From positions 480,001 to 544,000 of the forward strand of contig CAWCNJ010000008.1 of NCBI GenBank assembly GCA_963796955.1: 64,000 nt of DNA, in the 5' to 3' direction. Below are positions 20,625-29,518 of this stretch, in pieces; the first letter of the stretch is position 1, and each line of letters opens with the position of its first letter. Source of the stretch: Endomicrobiales bacterium. GTDB taxonomy: Bacteria; Elusimicrobiota; Endomicrobiia; Endomicrobiales; JALOBY01. A model generated the notes under the pieces. It saw only the letters and a program-made list of their open reading frames with translations. It did no database searches and was not told where the DNA came from. Position numbers and translations under genes: made by a program.

Positions 20625-20830
20625 AACAGATACTATCAAACCGGGGTGCACCCGGAAAACGTTTGAACGTTTTCCGAGTGCGGGCTAAGCTCAGTAAACT
20701 TTCAGCTCGGATAACTCGCAGTACAGATTAATGTGAACAGATACTATCAAACCGGGGTGCACCCGGAAAACGTTTGAACGTTTTCCGAGTGCGGGCTAAG
20801 CTCAGTAAACTTTCAGCTCGGATAACTCGC
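20625..20830. repeat. Two identical 95-bp structured units (20625-20719, 20736-20830)
   Basis: Exact identity AACAGATACTATC...GGATAACTCGC, period 111; internal hairpin GCACCCGGAAAACGTT-TG-AACGTTTTCCGAGTGC. Confidence 0.95.
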
Positions 20831-20865
20831 CGCACCGTTTTATGGGAAGCTTTCGTTGTTGTTGC

Positions 20866-20939
20866 CGGGGTGTAGCTCAGTTGGCTAGAGCGCACGGTTC
20901 GGGACCGTGAGGCCGTAGGTTCAAATCCTATCACCCCGA
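20866..20939 (+). tRNA. tRNA-Pro(CGG)
   Basis: CGGGGTG/CACCCCG acceptor, CACGG-TTCGGGA-CCGTG anticodon arm, GGTTCAAATCC; no CCA. Confidence 0.96.
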
Positions 20940-21072
20940 TGTTTTGGAGCTCCTCTGTGGTAAGAGCCGAAGGCTCTTCAATAATCGCGACATCCCCGCG
21001 TTTTGCGAGAACGCCATCCCCCGACGGAGGAGTCGGGGGAGTTCTTCGGCGGGGATAAACATGGAGAACTCC

Positions 21073-21351
21073 ATGAAAACGACGACCCGGGCGCATGTTA
21101 TTATCAGCGGCGAGGTACAGGGCGTGGGATTCAGATATTTCGTGTCCAACGCGGCCCGCAGGTTTGATGTGAACGGCTGGGTACGGAATGTGCCTGACGG
21201 TTCCGTAGAAGTGGAAGCTGAAGGAAACCGCGAGACGGTTTCAGAGTTCCTTGCATTTATCGAGAAAGGCAATACCTGGGCCCGTGTTGACGATATGAAG
21301 GTAACATGGCTGGAGCCGGAAGGCTATTCAGGTTTTGATATTGAACCATAA
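21073..21351 (+). CDS. acyP: Acylphosphatase
   Basis: GEVQGVGFR, GWVRN..DGSVE; GGAG SD before ATG 21073 (alternative start 21061). Confidence 0.93.
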   Translation: MKTTTRAHVIISGEVQGVGFRYFVSNAARRFDVNGWVRNVPDGSVEVEAEGNRETVSEFLAFIEKGNTWARVDDMKVTWLEPEGYSGFDIEP

Positions 21352-21377
21352 CTTCTCTGTGAGGGGCGCGAAAGAGC

Positions 21378-22205
21378 ATGGAAAATTTTGATCCCATTCA
21401 GCTGTACTTCAAAGAAATTAAAGAGATGGGGACTCTGACACCGGAAGAGAATAAGGCCCTGTGGGCCAAAGCTTACAAGGGTGATAAAAAAGCCCGCAAA
21501 CGCCTGGTGGAAGCCAACCTTCGTCTAGTAATACCTATCTCTAAAAGATATTTTCGCGCCGGCATGGACTTTCTCGATCTCATCGAAGAAGGGAACATGG
21601 GCCTTATGCGCGCCGTTGAAAAATTCAACCCTCACCGCAAGATCCATTTTTCCACGTATGCGACCTACTGGATAGGCCAGTCGGTACGGCGCGCCGTTGA
21701 AGAACAGACAAAAACCATCCGCATACCGCCGCATATCTGGGACGGCATGAGCAAGCTGATAAAAAAATGGAAGCCGCTGAAAGAAAAACTCGGTCGTGAG
21801 CCTACCGTGGCGGAACTTGCAAAACAGCTTGGGCTTAACAACGCCCAGGTAGAGAACCTTCAAAGCGCTTCAAAACTTTCCCAGGGCACCAGCTCGCTGG
21901 AAGCACCGATAGATGAAGAAGGTACTATACTGGTGCGCGACATCATCTCCGATAAAAAAGGCGGAACGCCGGAGTCGGTGACAGAGTTGCTGCGGACGCA
22001 GGCAGAACTTACCCAGGCGATGGGGCATCTGCCGGAACGGGAGCAGGAGATAGTCGCGTTACGGTTCGGGCTCGGAGGGAAAAAACCTCTCTCGCTTGAA
22101 GAAGTCGGCACTAAATTAAAGCTGTCCCGTGAACGTATACGCCAGTTGGAAACACGTGCGCTGCAACGGTTGAAATCAGCGATTATAAGATTAAAACTTT
22201 ATTAA
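21378..22205 (+). CDS. Sigma70-family factor, RpoD/RpoS-like, lacking region 1.1
   Basis: ANLRLV, DLIEEGNMGLMRAVEKF, TIRIP, SRERIRQLE. Confidence 0.92.
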   Translation: MENFDPIQLYFKEIKEMGTLTPEENKALWAKAYKGDKKARKRLVEANLRLVIPISKRYFRAGMDFLDLIEEGNMGLMRAVEKFNPHRKIHFSTYATYWIGQSVRRAVEEQTKTIRIPPHIWDGMSKLIKKWKPLKEKLGREPTVAELAKQLGLNNAQVENLQSASKLSQGTSSLEAPIDEEGTILVRDIISDKKGGTPESVTELLRTQAELTQAMGHLPEREQEIVALRFGLGGKKPLSLEEVGTKLKLSRERIRQLETRALQRLKSAIIRLKLY

Positions 22206-22220
22206 ATCTAAGGCGGCAAG

Positions 22221-22748
22221 ATGGTAGATACAACCCTTGAATTAAAATCCTGCATAAGAGATATTCCGGATTTTCCAAAACCTGGCATACTGTTCAAGGA
22301 TATTACGACGCTGTTGTCCCACCCTGAAATGTTCAAACTGGCGATAGACGGCATCGCGGACCATTACGTCGGAAAAGGCATTCAAAAAGTAGTAGGTATT
22401 GAATCGCGGGGATTTATTTTCGGCGCCCCGGTTGCCTACAAGCTGAACGCTGGGATAGTGCCCATACGAAAAAAAGGCAAGCTGCCGTACAAGATAATTT
22501 CGGCGGAATGCACACTTGAATACGGCACCGACACCCTGCAGATGCACGAAGATGCTATTATTCCCGGCGAAAAAGTATTGATCGTTGACGATCTTCTAGC
22601 AACCGGCGGAACCGTAACAGCCGCGATCGAGCTGGCGAAAAGACTTGGCGCGGATATAATAGGCGCCGCCTTCATTATAGAGCTTGGTTTTCTAAAAGGC
22701 CGCGAGAAACTTTCCGGCACAGACATATTTTCACTCATAACGTATTAA
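22221..22748 (+). CDS. apt: Adenine phosphoribosyltransferase
   Basis: PDFPKPGILFKDIT, ESRGF, VDDLLATGGT. Confidence 0.97.
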   Translation: MVDTTLELKSCIRDIPDFPKPGILFKDITTLLSHPEMFKLAIDGIADHYVGKGIQKVVGIESRGFIFGAPVAYKLNAGIVPIRKKGKLPYKIISAECTLEYGTDTLQMHEDAIIPGEKVLIVDDLLATGGTVTAAIELAKRLGADIIGAAFIIELGFLKGREKLSGTDIFSLITY

Positions 22749-22757
22749 ACCTTATAT

Positions 22758-22831
22758 GCCCTGGTAGCTCAACTGGATAGAGCAGATCCGTCCTAAGGAT
22801 AAGGTTGGAGGTTCAAGTCCTCTCTAGGGCG
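22758..22831 (+). tRNA. tRNA-Arg(CCT)
   Basis: GCCCTGG/CTAGGGC acceptor, D-loop ACTGGATA, ATCC-GTCCTAA-GGAT, GGTTCAAGTCC; no CCA. Confidence 0.9.
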
Positions 22832-22983
22832 CGCCCGAGCGTTATGGCGCACTGTTTGTGCGACAGCGACAAAGTCCCGCTGTTGTAGTTGGGGGACCAG
22901 AACATGTATGACCCGCCGATGTAGTTTAGCGGCGGGGCAGCGGAGGGAGTCCCCGAAGGGGGCGAACGACCACTGGGAAGTTT

Positions 22984-23622
22984 ATGATAGACCTACACAC
23001 CCACTCATTATTCTCCGACGGGGTTCTGATCCCCTCAGAACTTGTTTACCGTGCAAAGGTCGCCGGCTACACGGCTATCGGCCTTACCGATCACGGCGAT
23101 TTTTCCACATTCGACTATGCAATTCCACGTTTAAAAAAAGTTGCAAAAACACTCTCAAAAGCTTATGACATAATAATAGTACCGGGCGTAGAAATTACCT
23201 ATGTTCCACCGGCCCAGCTTGCCTCGGCAGTCAAAGTGTGCCGCAGGCTGGGAGCACAGTTGATCGTTGTCCACGGCGAAACACCCGCTGAAACGGTTCC
23301 GCCCGGAACAAACCATGCCGCTATTATGGCCGGCGCTGACATTTTGGCGCACCCCGGTTTTATCGACGATGAGGATGTTCAACTGGCAAAAAAGCTAGGT
23401 GTCTATCTTGAAATAACAACCCGGAATGGACATAATAAAGGCAATCCCCATGTCGCAAAGCTGGCAAAGAAATACGGGACGAAACTCGTTTTGAATACGG
23501 ACACGCATAAGCCGGAGAACCTGATGACGATGGAACTGGCCTATGCGACGCTGGCAGCCTGCGGTATGGTAAAAAACGATTATGAGACAATGCAGCGAAA
23601 CGCCAAGGAGCTACTTACATGA
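22984..23622 (+). CDS. PHP-domain phosphoesterase (histidinol-phosphatase-like)
   Basis: DLHTH..FSDG, TDH, VHGET, LAHPG, NTDTH. Confidence 0.9.
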   Translation: MIDLHTHSLFSDGVLIPSELVYRAKVAGYTAIGLTDHGDFSTFDYAIPRLKKVAKTLSKAYDIIIVPGVEITYVPPAQLASAVKVCRRLGAQLIVVHGETPAETVPPGTNHAAIMAGADILAHPGFIDDEDVQLAKKLGVYLEITTRNGHNKGNPHVAKLAKKYGTKLVLNTDTHKPENLMTMELAYATLAACGMVKNDYETMQRNAKELLT

Positions 23623-24296
23623 CCAATGATATGTCACGCCACGAACTGAATAAGAACAACCTTGCCGAATACATGGACGGCAGTATAGAATGGGCAATGA
23701 ACAACCGAAACACTTTTTACGCCGTAGCGGGCGCAATAGTCGGTTTAATAATATTCGGCATATTTTTCTTCAGCCGGCTGCAGGAAGCCCGTTTGCGCAA
23801 CGAAGAGAAATTATCTATGGCCCAATATATGGTTCGCAGTAACGATGCTTCTCAAGTGGGCCAGGGTATGGGCACGCTCGCTGAAGTAATACGCGCCGAT
23901 GCGAATTCCTCAACCGGTATCCGGGCGGCCATCACCAAAGCCAATGCGCTCTCGGCCCAGCAAAATTATAACGACGCAGAAGCGACGCTACAAGAAGTCC
24001 TCAACACCGGCAAGGGGGATAAAAGGCTTCTCCCGCTCGCCAGTTCAGTACTTGGAATATTGTATGAAAATACGGGAAAATACCAACAGGCTATTGATGT
24101 TTATAACAAATGCCTTGCAAAATTCCCTAATAGTTTTTTGTCACCGCGTATCTATGAATCTCTCGCGAGGGTGCAGGAGCTCTCCGGCAAGGCACAGGAA
24201 GCAAAGGGGACTTACGAAAGAATAATCACCTTGTACCCTGCGTCTGCATGGGCAGCCAACGCACAGGAACGAATAATTAATATTTCCGGAAAATAA
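23619..24296 (+). CDS. Membrane-anchored TPR protein (YfgM-like)
   Basis: Single TM followed by TPR helices. Confidence 0.8.
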   Translation: MTNDMSRHELNKNNLAEYMDGSIEWAMNNRNTFYAVAGAIVGLIIFGIFFFSRLQEARLRNEEKLSMAQYMVRSNDASQVGQGMGTLAEVIRADANSSTGIRAAITKANALSAQQNYNDAEATLQEVLNTGKGDKRLLPLASSVLGILYENTGKYQQAIDVYNKCLAKFPNSFLSPRIYESLARVQELSGKAQEAKGTYERIITLYPASAWAANAQERIINISGK

Positions 24297-24297
24297 C

Positions 24298-25668
24298 TTG
24301 ATGAAAAAACACTTACGTCGCGCAGCCGCTCTCGGCATATTAGTACTTGCTGCTACCGGTACCAGGAACGTCTGGGCATCTTCTCTGGATATAGAAACCG
24401 ACTATCGCCTGCGCGGTGTAACCTTTTCGAACACGCATTTTGATTCCACTGTCAGCACCGATTCTTTCAGCTATTATTCGCAAAGACTTCAGTTATCGGT
24501 AAAGGGTAACTTCGTTCCGGATATCGAAATAGGTACAAAATTGACCGCGCTGGGCGTCGCGGGGTCCACTTCAACTTTCATTCCGGTGGGCTATCCTAAT
24601 ACGGATATGCAGCCATTCATTGAGACAGCGTACGTTAAGATCACCAATTTCGCGGAACAGCCGGTCGATGTGACGATCGGCAAGCAGAACATCGGGATCG
24701 GCAACGGCATGATCTTTGATGACAACGGTATCGGTTTCACCGGTTTCAAGCTGCACGGCCGTTATGATTGGCGGCTGCCGCTGGACACGACGCTCTTTTC
24801 CTACAAGGTAGCAGAAAATTTTAAACCGAACACGGATAAAGACATTTTCGGGATCACGGAAGGCACAACCTGGAAGGAACAGTTGATAGAATTAAGTTAT
24901 TTCCAGCAGCAGGATTTTTCCGGTGCCCTGTATACGAAGGGTCAGCCTTCTTCACAAGATCCGAACCTTACGCACAGCATGCTTACCAGCCGGATCGTGA
25001 AAACTTTTATTGACCTGCACCTGAACCATGAAGAAAAGATCTCGGGCTACGACTTTGAGATAGCCAAACAAGGCGGTGTAGCATCCGCTCTTCTGAGCGA
25101 TACACAGATACCGTTCGACAGCCTGGGTTACGTGATCAGCGGTAAATTGATAGGGGAAAAAACGAAACTCGGCAAAGTTAAGGCGATGGCTGCCTTCGCG
25201 TATGCCTCCGGTGATGATAATCTTGGCCTTTCGGGAACAGACAAATCTTTTTCACCGGATATGTGCCGGCGCTATGACGGCCTCGAGCGCGCGGGCTACG
25301 GCGAGCTGCAGGCGGCAACACCGACCGATCTGTTCCTGCCGGCGCCATCTGCCTATTCCGGCATTAATACGCTCACGATCGGCGCGGATTTCACACCGCT
25401 CTATGCGTGGACCTTCGGCGTAACCTACTATCTCTATTCGGCCTCGCAGGGTCCTAAAGGCGCACCCGAGGCATCCGGGCTTGAAAGATTATTCAACGCT
25501 GAGTTTTCACTGGGGGAAGAGCTGGACTTGACGATAAAATTTGAATACTCAAAATATTGCGAAATACGTTACTCATTCAACCGCTACACACCGCCGACAT
25601 TTACCGCCTTCTGGCCGAAGAACGACCCTGCCACCCGCATGCAGTTGGAAGTAGGAACGCATTTCTAA
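24298..25668 (+). CDS. Outer-membrane beta-barrel (alginate-export-like)
   Basis: Signal peptide, YRLRG, IGKQ...GMIF, YASGD, C-terminal Phe. Confidence 0.65.
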   Translation: MMKKHLRRAAALGILVLAATGTRNVWASSLDIETDYRLRGVTFSNTHFDSTVSTDSFSYYSQRLQLSVKGNFVPDIEIGTKLTALGVAGSTSTFIPVGYPNTDMQPFIETAYVKITNFAEQPVDVTIGKQNIGIGNGMIFDDNGIGFTGFKLHGRYDWRLPLDTTLFSYKVAENFKPNTDKDIFGITEGTTWKEQLIELSYFQQQDFSGALYTKGQPSSQDPNLTHSMLTSRIVKTFIDLHLNHEEKISGYDFEIAKQGGVASALLSDTQIPFDSLGYVISGKLIGEKTKLGKVKAMAAFAYASGDDNLGLSGTDKSFSPDMCRRYDGLERAGYGELQAATPTDLFLPAPSAYSGINTLTIGADFTPLYAWTFGVTYYLYSASQGPKGAPEASGLERLFNAEFSLGEELDLTIKFEYSKYCEIRYSFNRYTPPTFTAFWPKNDPATRMQLEVGTHF

Positions 25669-25680
25669 GAGAGACATTCC

Positions 25681-27858
25681 ATGAAAAAATTACACATAGC
25701 CTTTTTGTGGCACCAGCATCAGCCGATGTACAAGAACCCTTCGACCGGGATCTATGAATTACCCTGGGTACGGCTGCACGCGACCAAAGACTATTATGAT
25801 ACCATTGCTATACTTGATGAGTTCCCGAAAATAAGATCGAATTTCAATTTCGTGCCTTCACTGCTGATGCAGTTGGAAGACTACGCGAGCGGAAAAGCGC
25901 ACGACAAATTCCTTGATCTTACCCTGAAGAATGCCGAAGATCTGAGCCAGGAAGACAAGATCTTTATATTGTTCAATTTTTTTATGGCGAATTGGGACAC
26001 GATGGTGCACCCATACCCCCGGTACAGCCAGCTGCTGGAAAAACGCGGCAGGACAACTTCCAAAGATGAGTTGAAAAGAACGCAGGGATATTTTAAAGCC
26101 GCGGAGATGCGCGATCTGCAGGTATGGTTCAATCTCTCCTGGATGGACCCGTATTGGAAAGAGCACGACCCGTTCATACAGCAACTGTGTGAAAAGGGGA
26201 AGAACTTCACCGAAGAAGACAAACAAACCCTGGTAAAAAAACAGCTTGAAATTTGCGGCATGGTCGTCTCTAAAGCGCGGGAGGTGCAGGACCGCGGGCA
26301 GATAGAAGTTTCAACGACACCTTTTTATCACCCCATACTTCCCCTGTTGTGCGATACCAACAACGCCTTGATCGCATCGCCCCACATGACCCTGCCGAAA
26401 AAACGCTTTCAGCATTGCGACGACGCCCGCCATCAGGTGGAAAAAGCGGTCGCGATGTACACAAAACATTTTGGGAAAGCACCGCGCGGCATGTGGCCCG
26501 CCGAGGGCTCTGTCGCTGAAGAGATAGTACCGGTCTTCGCGAGCTCTGGTGTCAATTGGATAGCCACCGATCAGGACGTTCTTTTTCATACTCTAGGCAA
26601 CGCGGATCATTATTGCACGCAGTTGTATCAGCCCTATAACGTTAACATTCTTGACCACAGCATTAAAATGGTGTTTCGCGATCACGCCCTCTCAGATTCG
26701 ATCGGTTTTGTGTACGCTCGTTGGGATCCACATGCCGCCGCTTCCGATTTCATGCGCAAACTCCACGGGATACGCTCTTCTCTGGCGCACGCTCAGGGCG
26801 AGCACCTGGTAACGATAATACTGGACGGCGAAAACTGCTGGGAATATTATAAAAATGACGGCTGGGATTTTTTACGCGCCCTCTACAGCGCTATCAGCAA
26901 CGACCCGTGCATTGAGACCGTAACAATAAGCGACTATCTTGAGCGCAACCCGCCAAAGGAAACACTGCACCGGCTGTGGGCCGGTTCCTGGATAAACGGG
27001 AATTTTAACATCTGGATAGGTCACCCGGAAGACAATACTGCCTGGGAGTATCTTGCCGATACACGCAAGTTCCTGGCCGATTATGTAAATAACAACCTTG
27101 ATAAGAAGGATACCCCGAACGTATTGGCGGCCTGGGAACGCATATTCATAGCTGAAGGCTCGGACTGGAACTGGTGGTACGGCGATGATCATTCATCTGA
27201 TAATGATGAGATGTTTGACCTGCTTTTCCGCCAAAACCTGATAAATGTCTATGAACTGCTGGGTGCCAAGATACCGGCCAACCTGTATAAACCTATTAAA
27301 GGCCTGCTTAAAAAGAAGCCGACCCTTGAACCCGTTGACTTTATCACACCCAAAATAGATGGTAAGGTAAGCAGCTACTTTGAATGGCTGGCGGCCGGCT
27401 ACTACGAAGTAGGCCATACCGGTGGCTCAATGCACCAGGTGGACACCCTTTTAAGAGCATTTTATTACGGCTTTGACCTTAACAACATCTACCTGCGCCT
27501 GGATCTGACCATTCCCCTGGCCAGCGAATTGATCAAAGATATCTGCATTAAACTCAACTTTTTGACCCCGGCAGGGCATGAAGCGATAGTCTGTTTTGAG
27601 GCAGGGGGGAATCTGAAAGAATTTATACTAAGAACCCCCTCCGGCTTTGAAAACCTTAAGACCGCGGCTGCCCAGAAGATCATAGAGATAGCGATCCCGC
27701 TGGCAAAGATGGAGCTTCCTCAAGATCCCTCAGCTCAGATAGAGTTCGTTATAGCCATCCTTAAAAATGGTTCAGAAGTTGAACGCTGGCCCAATGAAAG
27801 TACGGTTTCCTTCCCCATACCCAGCGAGGAATATAAGCTCCGGAGCTGGTCAGTCTGA
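25681..27858 (+). CDS. Glycoside hydrolase family 57 (amylopullulanase-like)
   Basis: WHQHQP, HPILPL, WPAEG, LDGENCW, AEGSDWNWW. Confidence 0.93.
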   Translation: MKKLHIAFLWHQHQPMYKNPSTGIYELPWVRLHATKDYYDTIAILDEFPKIRSNFNFVPSLLMQLEDYASGKAHDKFLDLTLKNAEDLSQEDKIFILFNFFMANWDTMVHPYPRYSQLLEKRGRTTSKDELKRTQGYFKAAEMRDLQVWFNLSWMDPYWKEHDPFIQQLCEKGKNFTEEDKQTLVKKQLEICGMVVSKAREVQDRGQIEVSTTPFYHPILPLLCDTNNALIASPHMTLPKKRFQHCDDARHQVEKAVAMYTKHFGKAPRGMWPAEGSVAEEIVPVFASSGVNWIATDQDVLFHTLGNADHYCTQLYQPYNVNILDHSIKMVFRDHALSDSIGFVYARWDPHAAASDFMRKLHGIRSSLAHAQGEHLVTIILDGENCWEYYKNDGWDFLRALYSAISNDPCIETVTISDYLERNPPKETLHRLWAGSWINGNFNIWIGHPEDNTAWEYLADTRKFLADYVNNNLDKKDTPNVLAAWERIFIAEGSDWNWWYGDDHSSDNDEMFDLLFRQNLINVYELLGAKIPANLYKPIKGLLKKKPTLEPVDFITPKIDGKVSSYFEWLAAGYYEVGHTGGSMHQVDTLLRAFYYGFDLNNIYLRLDLTIPLASELIKDICIKLNFLTPAGHEAIVCFEAGGNLKEFILRTPSGFENLKTAAAQKIIEIAIPLAKMELPQDPSAQIEFVIAILKNGSEVERWPNESTVSFPIPSEEYKLRSWSV

Positions 27859-28057
27859 AAAACGGCGGACAATACGCAAGTTAGGCAGTAGGCAATAGTA
27901 AACCAACGACAACGAATTGTCAACCTTAAAAAACTCTCGTTGTCATGCGAAATTTATTTCTCTATCACTCCGCAACACGCTCCGTCAAAAACCTCAAAAT
28001 ACGCCTTATTGACGTCTTAAATCGACCGTCAGATACCTCAAAATCAATACGGTATTT

Positions 28058-28085
28058 GGTTCCGATAAGTTATGTTATGTTAAGT
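28058..28085 (+). other. dif-like XerC/XerD recombination site
   Basis: GGTTCCGATAA-GTTATG-TTATGTTAAGT versus E. coli GGTGCGCATAA-TGTATA-TTATGTTAAAT; intergenic at the gene-strand switch. Confidence 0.88.
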
Positions 28086-28439
28086 TAACGCTATATACGG
28101 CCATTGGCAACCAAACTACAACTATTGTCATATATATCACGCATGTCCTCGAAAATATTGAATTAACGAACCAAACTTAATATTTTACTTTAACTTATTA
28201 TTATTATCACTCAAATTCGGCTATTTATTCGTAACTTTCCTTCCTGTTTATTTTTATCAGAATTATGGACTTTATAAATTGAGCTACTTCACTGGATGCA
28301 GATCACAGAAACTACTCCAAATTTTGGCAAAACATAGAATTTATGAATCGCGCAAAACAGGCCAGATGTAAACCTGCTATAAGTTTAATGGTTTACAATA
28401 GGACCACAAAAACAGAGGGTTTGAGCAAGAACTTAGAAA

Positions 28440-28763
28440 CTAGGATTTGGTTGAAACTGGGGAGGAGGAGGGTGAAACCTGCGGAGAGCCGGGATCGCGA
28501 ACAACGATACTGAGACCCATAAGAGCATAGCCGCCCAGGATAAGGAACGGTGACAAATTAGCCGCCCAATTCTGGCCAAAAGGGTCAGCCAGGGTAAGCA
28601 CATAATACCCCAGGCAGGCCGTAATGATACCAAAAATAAGCACCTTTTTCCCAACTCGGGACAGGGAAAAAACAGGTTTAACTGCAGCCGCAGGGGCAGA
28701 AACCCTTGAAGGACTTTTTTGCTGGATGGCTGAACGGGATAAACGTGACCTTTTGTTTTTCAT
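28440..28763 (-). CDS. Small two-TM hypothetical protein (DUF3098-like)
   Basis: Basic N-terminus, GYYVL...SPFLILGGY; directly after truA. Confidence 0.6.
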   Translation of the reverse strand: MKNKRSRLSRSAIQQKSPSRVSAPAAAVKPVFSLSRVGKKVLIFGIITACLGYYVLTLADPFGQNWAANLSPFLILGGYALMGLSIVVRDPGSPQVSPSSSPVSTKS

Positions 28764-28765
28764 AG

Positions 28766-29518
28766 TTAAAAGAGTATTTCTTTAAGGAATAGGCCCTTGG
28801 CCGGGGCTGTAGGACCGGCCAAAGAACGCTTCTTTGAGCGCAGGATAGAACCGATCTTCTCCGGTTCAGTTTTCCCCAGTCCCACATCAACAAGGGTACC
28901 TGCCATATTGCGCACCATTTTGTACAGGAACCGGTCACCGGTGAAGGTAATGGTGATCTTACCTGCAGCGGAGCTTATACGTATGGATGCAATCCTTGCG
29001 ACTTTATCTAAAATTACGCTGTTTTTGGCATCGAACGAGCTAAAATCATGCTTGCCGCACAAGACTTTTGCCGCCTTACGCATAAGTTGAACATTAAGAG
29101 GCTGCCTGATATGCCAGGCGTTGGTTCCATGCCAGACAGATCTATAAGACCGGTTCCAAATGTGATACTGATAAGACTTTTTAACGGCATCGTAACGCGC
29201 GTTAAAGCCTTTGGAGACCCGTTTAACCTGTTTAATGGAGATGTCCTGCGGAAGAAAGCCATTGAGCGCATGCTGAATGTTGAGCGGTGGTATCGAGGTG
29301 GAGGTTGTAAAGCTGGCGGCCTGCATATGAGCGTGAACACCGGCGTCCGTGCGGCCCGTAACGGACAGCGCAACGGGCTTCTTGAGCAGTTTTTCAAGAG
29401 CTTCTTCCAGCTTGGCCTGCACGGTCCGGAGGCCCGGCTGAACTTGCCAGCCGGAAAAACGAGTTCCGTCATATTCAATGAACAGCAGGAACGTGCTTTC
29501 GCTACTGGTTAACGACAT
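28766..29518 (-). CDS. truA: tRNA pseudouridine(38-40) synthase
   Basis: YDGTRFSGWQ, GRTDAGVHA, FLYKMVR, APAKGL. Confidence 0.97.
   Translation of the reverse strand: MSLTSSESTFLLFIEYDGTRFSGWQVQPGLRTVQAKLEEALEKLLKKPVALSVTGRTDAGVHAHMQAASFTTSTSIPPLNIQHALNGFLPQDISIKQVKRVSKGFNARYDAVKKSYQYHIWNRSYRSVWHGTNAWHIRQPLNVQLMRKAAKVLCGKHDFSSFDAKNSVILDKVARIASIRISSAAGKITITFTGDRFLYKMVRNMAGTLVDVGLGKTEPEKIGSILRSKKRSLAGPTAPAKGLFLKEILF

Noticed and set aside
20625..20830. CRISPR array
   Set aside because: Only two units, 95 bp long with a 16-bp gap; no cas genes in the window
16252..20939. Integrative element between the two tRNA-Pro genes
   Set aside because: No integrase and no duplicated tRNA 3' end; the two tRNAs are different isoacceptors
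20944..21072. N-terminal extension of acylphosphatase
   Set aside because: Runs through hairpin-rich spacer; SD-supported start lies at 21073
22886..22975. c-di-AMP (ydaO) riboswitch suggested by GGGGGACC...GGGGCGAA
   Set aside because: The 5' GCTGAA and 3' CCCGTCAGCTAAC elements are absent and the PHP start follows immediately
28090..28430. Phage or satellite integrated at dif
   Set aside because: AT-rich but no substantial ORF and no second dif-like copy seen
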